Assembly (NCBI GenBank): GCA_030770535.1
Contig: JASVEC010000003.1
Span: forward strand, 1,240,001-1,304,000
Reading direction: 5' to 3'
Length of the DNA: 64,000 bases
Source of the DNA: Batkoa obscura
Taxonomy: Eukaryota
Under the pieces are notes generated by a model, which did not search any database, was not told the DNA's origin, and was given only the letters and a program-made list of their open reading frames with translations. Position numbers and translations under genes: made by a program. Position 1 is the first letter of the stretch. Each line of letters starts with the position of its first letter. This document shows, one piece after another, positions 52,105 through 64,000 of this stretch.

Positions 52105-52238
52105 TTTTAATAATTGATATTAAGTACTATATTGCGTTTATATATTGTGTTAATTTAAACTAAAGCTCAATTTTTTCCCACTTTTGATTTTCTACATAAG
52201 TTGAACACTTAAACATAAATACCAAATAAAGAGCATGT

Positions 52239-52328
52239 GTGAGTGTTTTTTTTGGCTTTATTACTTTTTCTACCTTTTAAGCGCTATTTGAGTGGAAAAA
52301 TTGTTAGTAAAATTTAAACAAAAAAACC
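52239..52328 (-). mobile_element. Degenerate MITE
   Basis: Core TTTTAAGCGCTATTTGAGTGGAAA present; ends eroded. Confidence 0.7.
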
Positions 52329-53395
52329 AAATTCTAAACTGTTTAAAATAAAAAATATCAAAAACTTACTAATTGTTTTAATTTTTGAATTGTAGAAATC
52401 TAACAAACTTTAATTTAAATTTCAGGCAGGTTTTTAAACTTACTAACATGCAATATACTTTATTTTATTAAATACAATTATAATTATTTAATACATATTT
52501 CAAATTACAAAAAAAAATTCCTTGCTTTTACATAACTCTGTAATTTTGATTTTAAAACTAAATATTTAATTGTTCTTATAATTAATGGCTATATGTAAAC
52601 AAAATGAGCCAGCAGATGCGGATTATTTTTTCCACTATAAACTATCTCATTGTAGCTTGTATCAAGCTGCAGATTTTAAAAACATTGCTGTGTATTAGTA
52701 TACACCTTTCTGAAAAATGTTTAAAACAATGAGATTGAACACTTCAGCAAAATTTTAACAAAATGATAAAAATTTGTAATATTTTGTTTTTTGGTTGTAA
52801 TTACCAACCGTTGGAATTATATACATTTTTCAAAGATGTATCATTTTCACATTAGTCTGTGTATATACCCTTTTTTAAAACGTTTGGCATGTTACAAAAT
52901 TTAAAAGTGTCATATTTTTTGCGCTACCTTTTGATAAATAAAGTGGTCTATAATTGGTACACTTTTTTCAAAAATGATCAAGCCAAAAAAAATTATGAAA
53001 GCTAATCAAATTTTAAAGAGGTGAAGTTTAATAACTCTTTATATCAATATTAAAAATTTATGAGAGTTTTATCTGTACTATTGATATTAAACTGTCAAAT
53101 AACAAGTTTTCATAAAGCTTCGATAAGTATATAACAAGTTATCAAACCTCCCTTTTTTTTGAAACTGTGATCCATTTTTTTAAATTTAATTGACCTTTTT
53201 TCAAAATTTCATCTAGCTTTGATAATTTTTTGACTTTAATTATTTTGGAAAAAGGTGTATTAAAAATAAACCAAATTTCAACAAAAGCTAATTTTATTTA
53301 AGCAAAAACTTTAAATGTGTTAATTTTAATAATCTGAAGCTGTGTACTTTAATCTTTAAGTTTGATTAAATTCGTAACGTTTTTCAATAGCATAT

Positions 53396-53490
53396 GGGGA
53401 TATGTTTTTTTGTTTAAGAATTTACCAACAATCTTTCCACTCAAATAGCGCTTAAAAAATGAAAGTGTTGAAATAAAAAAAAACACCCCC
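53396..53490 (+). mobile_element. MITE
   Basis: ATAT TSD. Confidence 0.85.
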
Positions 53491-55288
53491 ATATATAACA
53501 TTTGTGTTGAAACCTTTAACTTACAATTGTTTATTGATCAGTCTATAAAAAACTTTATAAAAAAGACATACAGTTTTATGAGAATCAATTAATAAAAGTA
53601 AAAAATAATTAATTACTTTTATCAGTTTAAGCAATTTTATTCAAACCCATCTTATTATCTGGGTCTTAATGACGACCAAATTAAGTTGGGTTAACTGATC
53701 TCTACCCCGGTTTAAAGGGCTAGACACTTGTTAAGATTTCAAATTTAAGTAATTCTATTGTTTTTTCCAAAGCTATCAAAGCCGATTTTTAATGTCAATA
53801 ATGTTTATCCATTATTTAGAGTCTATTTTAAAAATAAAAATTTACATGCTTAACAAATTGATATTCTTTTCAAAAATATTTAGTGTCTAAGAGTAACAGA
53901 TATAAAAATGTGATTTAGGTTTTAGAGATGTCACCGTTGAGAGTCATTTCAAAAAAAATATACAAAATAAACTTAATATAAGTAAATTACTATAAAATAA
54001 AACCCATTCGGAGTTAATATAGTATTAATATAAAATTTATTTATTTATATTACACCAAAGTTACTATTCATTTTTATTTTATCTTACATTGCAAAACACT
54101 GTTTATTTATAGTCAGTAATCTTCTACACCCTGTATAACTGAATAATAACATCTATCCAATTAAACTTAAAATTAATGGGAACATAACTTTGTACTTTTG
54201 ATATACTAAACAGGATTTATTAATAATCTTATAAATCAATAATTAAAAGAGCAAACAAAATTAAATAAAACAAAAGAATGCTGATTTGCTACTTAAAAAT
54301 TAATACTAAATAAATAGAATACTTTTAATTACTGACATGGACTATGTTTCTTGAGGTATGAGGCTTTAAAGTTTGAACCATTAATTTGATGTTTACAGTA
54401 TTAATTATTTTCAGTATTAGCAATTTAGCTAATTATTTTTAAAATCGGATAGCATCTCGTGATAGAAATCCAGCTTAAAGTAATAACCCACATCACTTTA
54501 AAATAATATCAAATTAGCAAATAAAAAACCAAGCTTTTGATTAATAAATAGAACATTTTAGACAATAAAATAAACAACACGAATAAACAAAAAATAGAGC
54601 TTTAACAATTTATTAATGAAAATTAATAATAGAAACAACAATAAAGACAGTATTTCATTTCTACTTACATATCTTATAAACAAAAGAAAACGGGGTGACT
54701 TAAAAAAGGAAACTTAATTAATATAATGAGATTAAAGAAATAGGAATTAAGCAATAAATTTAGTTCCTCAAGTGGGTGAATAAAGAGACCAGTTTATAAA
54801 TGAAAAAAAGAATGTTAGATCAACCGGAATCTAAAAATAGATTTTAAAGGAGTAAGCAAATAAAACATGAGAGGAAGTGGAGACTTTAAATAGAAGAGGA
54901 ATGATTGGATAGCTTAGGATCGGTCTATTGGAAGAATAAATTTATTTTTAATTGGTCAAACTTACAAATAGAAAATTATAAAAGCACAACAAAAATACAC
55001 AGTGATCTTTTTTTTATAAAATTAAATTTTACAAGTTAGAAACTAAAGTTTAACTAATAGCCTCAAAAGTTCAGCATAGTGTATGAACTTTAGATGAAAT
55101 TAAGAGCCTTTATATTCAATTAATCTATACACCCATTTGATTTTCGTTTTCGTTTTATGTTCAATTAGACTATTCTATTAATTACTTTCCTAATCCCTAA
55201 TATCATTTGATTTTATTTCGTTATTGTGTACTACTACGTTGTTGAGCAACTTTCTTTGGTTAAATCTATTTAATAATATTATTTTACA

Positions 55289-55546
55289 ATGCTAGCTTCT
55301 CTATCCCCTCCTCATACCACTAATAATAAGGAGAATTTGATCCGAAAATTACAATATTATCTTAATTCGTATGCGATTAAAAATGCAATTTGTCCCATTT
55401 GTAGCTATAAATTAGAGTCTGTTAGTAATTTAGAAATTACAGATTTTAATTTGTGTATGTTATGCTCCAAAACTTACCCAGTAAATGATGATGTTGATAC
55501 CATTGTTCAAATGAGTGATATTGATGAAGATTTGATGATTCAATAA
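55289..55546 (+). CDS. Hypothetical 85-aa protein with two CxxC pairs (zinc-ribbon-like)
   Basis: CPIC...CMLC spacing, acidic tail; no family recognised. Confidence 0.3.
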   Translation: MLASLSPPHTTNNKENLIRKLQYYLNSYAIKNAICPICSYKLESVSNLEITDFNLCMLCSKTYPVNDDVDTIVQMSDIDEDLMIQ

Positions 55547-56164
55547 ACTATCATTTTATTTAATTTAATTTGTTTTTTTTGCTTTTATTTTTTATTTAAC
55601 CTAATTGTGAATTGTCCGTTTAGATTTTAGTTTTATTTTTAGGCGCTATTTGCTTTGTTTAGGCAAATATTTTATGTTCAGTTTTATTTACATGTCAAAA
55701 CAAAAAAGCTGTTAATAAATGGAAATATTGTTTTTGAGTTAAATATTCAAGCCATTTCAAATCAAGTTTTCTTTTTTTAAAGATTCGAGTATACTTAAAT
55801 CTTGGCAAAGTGATAATTAGCATTATGTTATAATTAGAATATTTGATGTTATAAAAATATATAAATATAAAAACATTTATTTTTATAATACATGTTTCAT
55901 CAAATTAATTAACTTTCCACTTTTTTATTTGTTATTTTTAAAGATCTCACTATTTTTGTAATGATAAAAATAGCTGAATATTTTATGGCTATTCCATAGC
56001 TTTATAATAAATATATATTAGAGATTAAAAATATATTTCATGAATTTATTTTGTTATTATTTTAACTAATATTTTTATTCTTAAAAGTATTATTAATTCT
56101 AAAAGCTACAACTTTTTATAATAAAACATAGCTAATGGATCGTGTTTTAATTTTAATATCATAT

Positions 56165-56262
56165 GGGGATGTATTTTTTGTTTAAGAATTTACTAACAAC
56201 CTTTCCACTCAAATAGCGCTTAAAAAATTGAAAAAGTGATGAAGCCAAAAAAAAACATCTTC
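56165..56262 (+). mobile_element. MITE
   Basis: ATAT TSD. Confidence 0.85.
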
Positions 56263-56513
56263 ATATCTTTAACAAACAGCGTCAAATTTAAGAGTATATT
56301 TTTAATCAAAATTAGTAATTGTAAATGATTATTTTATATAATATTGAGTTAAATTTTATTTAATCCAATTTATTATACTACCTTAGCTGTTGAGACCTCA
56401 TAATCACACAACGCCCGATAAAATTACATTTAAAACCTTTTAATTTTTTAATAATTTATAATGAAAAAATTGTATTCTTATAATTAGTATTTTCGATATT
56501 TTTTTAAATATAT

Positions 56514-56611
56514 GAGTGTGTTTTTTCTTGTTTCATCACTTTTTCCATTTTTTAAGCGCTATTTGAGTGGAAAGATTGTTAGTAAATTCTTAAACAAAAA
56601 AATACATCCCC
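56514..56611 (-). mobile_element. MITE
   Basis: ATAT TSD. Confidence 0.85.
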
Positions 56612-56929
56612 ATATAACTTAATAAAAATAAAATCAGATTATTAAAATTGAATATCAAAATATTTATTTTGTTTATAAATTATAACCTTAATGAATATAG
56701 TTTTTATTTTTAAAATTTATATTTATAGTTTATTATAACATGGATCTATATTGTATTACATTTTTTAAAAACTCGAGGTAATTTTAAGAATATTTTTAGC
56801 AAGTTATTTAAAACATTATTATTATGCTATAAGCTATATTATATTACAAGTAATTATTATTTATTAATAAAAAATTACTAATAGTTGCTTATAAGCTTTT
56901 ATAAAATTTTGTTAAATTTATATTACACT

Positions 56930-58440
56930 CTTTATCCATTGCACTAGCTATTTTATTTTAGAACTCCTCAAAACCTTTCAACTCTAATTCAAGCATCAAG
57001 ATAATCCTTCCTCACCGATTATTTAGTTTTTTAATTAACATACTGACTCTTTTACCTTAGATACTCTATTTATAGTCTTCCTCTTCTTACTACCCTTTCT
57101 TCAAAAACTTCATTTCTACAGATACTATATGGGGATGTATTTTCTTGTTTAAGAATTTACTAACAATCTTTCCACTCAAATAGCGCTTAAAAAATGGAAA
57201 AAGTGATGAAATCAAAAAAAAAACACCCTCATATTTAATGCCAACTTGAACTAGAAAAAATCTAAATTCATAAATACTTTAAAAAGTATCCCTTAAAAAC
57301 AAGGTACTATTAATCAAAATTTCTGTGTTATGATTTTATGCTTTATATTGAATATATTTACATTAATTAAATCTTAAATTAGTCAAGCCACATATGTAGT
57401 TTGATATTGACTTTGGAACTACTCCAAACAAAGATCTTAGTTTAATATTCTAGCTACCTTAACATCTCAAGGAGAATAAAGTCTACTAAATATTAGAGAT
57501 ATAGGTCGAACCTTGTTTTAAAGTACTTAGATTCAATTCATAATAATTTCAATATCGATTCCTGGCATCTGATAATTAAAATTAAATAGGTAATCGTCCA
57601 CTCCTTTTCTTCAACTATTAAATTCTTTTATGATCCTTCAATTTTTAACCCAACAATAAAAAGTGGATAGCCTGTTCTTTTCAAGGATTAGAGAAAAAAA
57701 ATCTATATATCAACCAAGGAATTTACAGGCCTTTACTCCCTTTCCATTCGACAATTTTATATCAGACTTTTCGAGCAAAGGGCAACATAACCTCTTTATC
57801 CTAAAGCCCTATTTTTCTATCTATCCATAGATTAAATTCTCATTTTTAGAAGGGCTTATTACTAAACTCTCCATAATCATATACAGGTACTCTCATATAG
57901 CATTCACATTACTAAATATTCCTCCTAAGTTTAAACCGATTTTCGTTATTTTTTCTTATTGCAGCTAATCGAAGCTCAGGTTACTATGTAGATTTACTAC
58001 CTGCTTAGCTGCGTTCTACTTCTAAAAAGATTTTTTACTCACATCAACTACCTGATTCTCGGCTCCCTGACCTATTTAATTCATTAAGTTTATAACCCTT
58101 TCTCTCTTTCTCCATAATTCTCAACTCTATTTAAACTTCTGATTATTTTGATTCGATATTGATTATTTATAAAATTTTTGCAGTCTTTCATTTTTACCTT
58201 CAGTCCCTTCATTCAACTTTAGTCCTATTGTCTTGATAGATCAATAGACAGTCTTTTGGAGATCAAAACTGGCATTTATTCCTTTTGTCTTTCTGATTTT
58301 TTCAAAAGGAGACAGTTATTGGGCTTACTATCTTTTATTAAGAGGCTCTACTATTAATAATTGGGAGATTCAAGTCAGATAGCTTAGCTATCTATTATTT
58401 TTATTGTTACTAATAAACTACTTAGGGATGACGCCTTTCA
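56930..58440 (-). mobile_element. Highly degenerate non-LTR retrotransposon (reverse transcriptase) remnant
   Basis: Minus-strand fragments in RT order: SFDLQK (DFxKAFD-like), GQG-ES (QG motif), IGLNLGG, VKACKFLG (YLG motif); many stops. Confidence 0.45.
57131..57230 (+). mobile_element. MITE
   Basis: ATAT TSD. Confidence 0.85.
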
Positions 58441-59083
58441 AGAAGGAAACAATCAATAAATTATCTTGATTGAGTAATATAATTTAAAAGTAATGGGTAA
58501 AGTGATTATATAGAAATTTATAATTCTATTGATGTAATGAAATATAAACTTAAAATAAGTCTTTTTAAACTTTTACTTAGTTAATAATATATTTCCTAAT
58601 GGTATACCGATATTATGTATCGGTAAATAAATAAATAAATAAAGATACAAACTTATTAAACTTAAGTTTAGTTTATATAATAGCATTTACATAGCCATTT
58701 AATAAAGCTTTTAAACTATAAAAATATAATATATCTATATAACAAAAACACTAATGTATGAATGTATGAATTGTTTTTAAAATGAATATCTCGTTGCCCT
58801 TTTTCAAAAAGATCGCTTAATTAATATAAGGTTATAAAGCACGCTATCATTTTGAACCATACTATTTCAATCATACATTTTGATGTTTATTGATAATAAT
58901 ATAAAATTACAATATCATTTAGTGTCACTCGAAAAACTAAAAAAAATTTACAACAAACATACAGCTTCAACTTTGATTTGCCAAAAATGATAAATGCTTT
59001 TTAAACCACAACTATTGGCTTAGCCCAACTTGGAAAGATTTAGCGCCAGCAAACGGTGAGAACCATTTTTAAGCCAATTTCTT

Positions 59084-62000
59084 ATGGATGAGCCAACCAT
59101 TTATAGCAATTTGATCAAGTTAAAAGGGCTAGAGCAGGTGCAATGGCGTTGCTATTCACAGATTATTACAATGGGAGAGTTATATCATAAAGATGCTAGA
59201 GATAGTTCAATTTTTGTGACGTATAATGAGTTACTAAATAAGCAAGTGCCCTGCTTTGTTTCATTAGAAAGCTATAGTGGAGATCAAGCCTTGTTGATTT
59301 TATTTGTATTTTATTTTTCGGAGGGAAGAAGAGTTAAGGTTACTAACGAGGATTTAAAAGGTTTGCTTTAGGTTTATTTCTATTTTTTGGATTTGTTTTG
59401 ATGTTCATTTTTATTAGAGGTTAAGAGTGGAATCATTACCAATGAAATGTTGCAAAAAACATCAGCTGCCGACTTATACCCTGATAAATCTCAACTATTT
59501 TCAATAAATATTTCCAACGAAATTCATCCAAAATTCAATCAAAGTTCAACGATACCGTTAAAATTGAATGAGTTTAATGAAATGGAGTTGCTTATATTTG
59601 CTATTAAAAATTTATTTTCAAAGTAAGGATCACTATCTCTTTTAAATCATGGTCTAACAATTTAGTGAAATTAAGAAAAAAGGGGCGATTCAGTTAGGAA
59701 GATCTTTTATAACGCCGATAAAAAAAGTAACTCAGGTTCAAGGAATAAATATAATTGAACAGATTAAATATAAGTGTATTGATATTGATCCTTGGTATAT
59801 GAATTCAAGTTTTTATTTCAAGCCAATTTCAAGAGATATCAACATCAAAAATATTTCTTTTTGTAAGTCTATTAATAATGGAGATAAGGTTTTATTAAGT
59901 CCACATGGTACAGAAGGTATATTTTTGACTTTTTCTAAAATTAAAGAGCAAGAAGAAAATCAGTTGTTAAATTTATGGGCTCATAAAACAAGTATCCCAA
60001 TTGATATACTAGATTCAAGCTATTACAGTGAATGTTCAAGTAACCAAACTGGTGGAGTAAATTCAAATAAGTTTTGTATAATATTAATTTCAAAATTTAA
60101 CATTCGACTTCATTACCCATGCTCACTTGTTTTTATTGTTAATGATATAAATAAATTTGGGGAAGATAAGGCATTTAATCAAGATAGTATTAAAGAATTA
60201 CTCGATTCTTTGGTATCAAATGCACCTTCAAACAATTTAAATACAACAACAGAACCAGTGACGCCGCAGAAGATAAAGGGAAATGATGATAATGTTTCAA
60301 AAAAAGAAACTGTTCTTGAAAATATGTTTGATAGAGTTAGTATTACGGATGTAGATAAATGGCTAGACTCACTTTCGCTTACGACCAAAGAAACCCCACC
60401 TAATTTACAAAATAAAAATGGATTAAGTGACACAATTCACTCTACGCATTTTGACACTGTTTCTCCATCAAATCCGGTTCCATCACTAATTTCAGGTAAT
60501 ATTGCTGGTACAGATCCAACGCCGCCTACAGATTATGAAGTTCCAATAGGACATGATATGTTAAATAATAGCCTCGGATTTTTACCTGATCCATTATTAG
60601 AAGATTTTTGTATGGACGAGTTTGATAATTTTGGTAACTTTGAAATTACAGACACGGATTTTAATTATTTTGATAAAAATGACTCAAAAAATAATTCAGC
60701 ACATTCAATACATCCTACACTAGAACATGAGAATTTGAAAGCTACAATTAACGGAGGAAATGTAATGGAAAAGGAAGAACCAAATGAGTATTTATTTTCA
60801 AATGGTAAAGAATCACATAGAATATTAAATGGAATTACAAATAATGATTTAAGCAATTTGAATGGAAAATATTTCAATAATGATAGTTTAAATATGAAAA
60901 ACGAATCAAATACCCCTACCGAATCAACACTTCATGAAAAATTAAAGGACCCCAATTTACGTGTAATTCTTACATCCTCAGATCCTTGGCTGTCTATAAA
61001 TTACAAGCCATTAAAAAGTTTCATAGTCAATCGAGGATTCCTTAAAGGCGGGAAATATTCAAAATTTTCAAAAGAATTAACGAAAGCACTGAAAGCAATG
61101 CCTAACAAACCCTTTAAGACATTAAAATATCGACCACATTATATACCAGCTTTTTTAAAAGAGAAGGATGACACAGATGAAGGTCGATTATTGAAGAGGT
61201 CGAGTAAAGAAAAACGTATAGATCATAGTCAGTTGGAACATATGCCAAGTAAAATTAGTCGTTTGAATGGGTACAAAGGATATCAACTTACAGTCTCCAA
61301 AGATGTTAAATCAACTGCTTCAGCATCAAATTCAAGTTATGAGTGCTCTTCGGAACCATCTTATATCCCTGATTCACCTCAAACAGGATTAGAGGGAAAA
61401 AGAACCAATACTAAAGATAAAGTAAAAGAAAATGATTACTTAAATGAAGTTATACTTTCACCTAATTTTTCGTTTGTTTGGTTAAGAGTGAATTCATCAC
61501 AAAATTGCAAAGCATATTCACCCAATTTATTAATCAATGATAATATTAATGCATCACAAAGTAATAGTGAAATCGGAACAAACGGTATAGGTATATGGGA
61601 AGACGTAGATACGTTAAGGATATTTATGGATCAACTAAGGACATATTATTATTATCCAGATGATGTTCATTCTATAAATTTTCATCAACTTCATGCATCA
61701 TGTTATAATACTGAACCATCAGAAGTATCATTATGTTGGAAAGATGTATTAAAATCATTACAATGTTTGACAGCGATATTTAACGTTAATCAGCCCTCAC
61801 TAATCAATTCCAAACTAAAAAATAAGTTTCATATAAGTGGACCATTATCTATTAAGGATTTTCATAAAGCATTAAGTGACAGTTATTTGTATAAGCTTCA
61901 AACAAATAGCCAAATACCTCAAACACTTGATCCTAAAATGAATCCATTTGCTTATATTTCTGGACCTAAAATACAAGCTTATAATGTTTATAACACACCC

Positions 62001-63684
62001 ATTGAATTAGCTATCTCTTCAGCTTCATTTTGGAAAACGTTGTCCTTACAACCTATTCATGGCACTAAAGATTTAACTGCTTTAATTGTTTTTCCGCAAC
62101 AATCTTTTACAACCAAACAAACTTCATCTTTTTTTGATCAATTGTTTCAAACTTATAAAGTAGTTATTGTATTATATTATTACAATTGTTGTTTATTAAT
62201 TTACTTTGCCTTAGGAATGTCATTTGGGTAGTATTAATGCTTTAACAAATATTGATTCAACTAAAAGCTACTTTCCATTTCCTAACAAAGCAAAAGGTAA
62301 CTAATGTCTACTAAAACAAATGATAAAATTAATTATTTTTAAGACTTTAAAGAATTAATAAGTTTACTTGCTCAATTTAACTCAAATTTAGGTAAGATAC
62401 AATGTAATTAAATTAAAATAGTAATACTAATTTTTACTATAGCAGAACAAATTTGTAACTTACCATCAGCGGTAATTCCAAAAAAGATCATATTGTTTTA
62501 TGTTACTCCCCTTAATTTAAGTTCAACAAACGCTCTATGGCTTGTCTCTAAATCATTTCGCCAGTTTGTTGCAAAAATGGAAGCTACGCTTCCAAAAACA
62601 TCTCAGGTTCATTTTAAAGTAAGTCACCATTTAGTACGCTTAATAATCGTGTATTTATTCTCTGTTAGATTATTCCTTCAATTATTTTACAATATTATCA
62701 TTCAAACCAAATCTCGCTAGATTATTATTTAAAACTTTCCTTTAATATTTACTCCCAGTTTCATAAAAATGAAAATGAGGTAAGTTATTGTAATACATAA
62801 TATATTAACAATAATTAATAAATGAATAGCTTTTAATTAATAGCCAATCCTCTACTATTTATTGCCCGCCTTATTTTTTAAGTTCTCCACCACCAATACA
62901 AATTAATTACAAAATGACGAACGAAGATGTAGCCTTGTTTGATAATGAAAATACGCTACATTTAACTTATTCATGGGGGGCCGATTATGATTGTATCATA
63001 GCTGTATGGATTGATCGTACTGCCCAATACTTAGACCACATCCTTTTACCAGTTGATAAAAAAGCTTTCAAAGATTATTCTTTTTTAGTGGATCAACTAT
63101 TTCAAGCTACAAAAAAATTTCAGGCAAAGTATTTCAAGCATAATGTACGTTTAGCTATTACCAAATTAGGGGTTATGGAAATAACTGAATTAGAAAGTTG
63201 GAAAAAATTAATTAAAAATATACCAGGTTCCTGTATTATGTGTGCAGGTCAATCTTCTGGATTGCAATTTTTTAGTGATGTAGATACCCACCATGGTTTT
63301 GAGAATATTAATATTGAAGCTTCTTCTTTAATTATTACAGAAACAAGGGTACCCTTAAGTAAAAATTTATATTCCAGTGCAGTAGGCATCTTGAGTTATG
63401 AAGGAATACCGGCAATTAATTTAGAAGTGTTTTTATTATATAATACGTTTCAAATTGCTTCACCACCATCACCTCTAATCCCTAGTTTTCGAACAGTGTT
63501 GGCACAATTGAATGACCTTAGAGTACTCGATAATTCATTAAGACCGCCATTTAGCGTTGGATTTCATCCCAATCTGGAGTGTTCTAACCCCATTTTATGT
63601 GATGTTTTATTGCCTTTGCCGTGGAGATGGGTGCTAAGTTCTTTTCTTCACATTGAATATGTAAAGAAAATGGATTTGGTTTAA
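59084..63684 (+). CDS. MED13: Mediator CDK8-module subunit Med13
   Basis: N-terminal SNLIKLKGLEQVQWRCY, VLLSPHG, SSASFWKTLSLQPIHGTKDL and C-terminal LHLTYSW...AVWIDRTAQ; multi-exon. Confidence 0.85.
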
Positions 63685-64000
63685 GCAAGTATAATTTAAA
63701 TAGGACTAATAAGAGCAATAAGTTGTATCTAAATAAGAATAATTAAAAAGGGGAGTAATTAATTCAATGACTAAAAATGAAATAAGTTATAATTGAAAGA
63801 TGGTTGATTAATTAATAACATGAAAATTTAATAATATAGCTTAGTACTATTTATACTGTGGCATAAAAATAGAAGTGAGATAATGTAATGAAAATAAAGA
63901 AAATAATAATTTAATTATTTATTTACTTTTTTATTAATACTATATTTAATGTTTAATAAAACTACATATCTATTGTTAATTATACACTTCAATTCTGTTT

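Noticed and set aside
2251..57230. MITE copies as CRISPR repeats or structural RNA genes
   Set aside because: They are dispersed, in both orientations, with TSDs, and show no regular spacers or tRNA fold.

Overview
AT-rich eukaryotic DNA with short GT-AG introns (about 45-65 nt), most consistent with an early-diverging fungus (Entomophthoromycotina/Mucoromycota-like; this is inference only). Housekeeping genes: RSC9-like, MPC1, a TFC6-like WD40 gene, a NIPA Mg transporter and MED13. Between them lies an accessory landscape with four main parts. (1) A ~6 kb island (6059-12190) carries an intronless bacterial-type CqsA/LqsA alpha-hydroxyketone autoinducer synthase homolog converging on an intronless FAD2-like desaturase. 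The island is bracketed by two inverted Sola2-like DNA transposons. (2) Seven paralogs encode fungal transcription-factor middle-homology-region (MHR) proteins that keep a basic/coiled-coil N-terminus but lack the Zn2Cys6 DNA-binding cluster. They show gene-conversion patches, and one inverted duplication also copied a small secreted 8-Cys protein. (3) There are about 20 copies of a ~100 bp GGGG...CCCC MITE and seven TGTGAAA...TTTCACA elements, the latter confined to the first 17 kb. (4) Several pseudogenes are present (aspartic protease, Zn2Cys6 TF, ATG22, LINE RT). The best candidate for a new system is the fungal cqsA-like/desaturase pair, possibly with the adjacent headless MHR family as sensors (speculative). 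All homology calls come from recalled motifs, not database searches.
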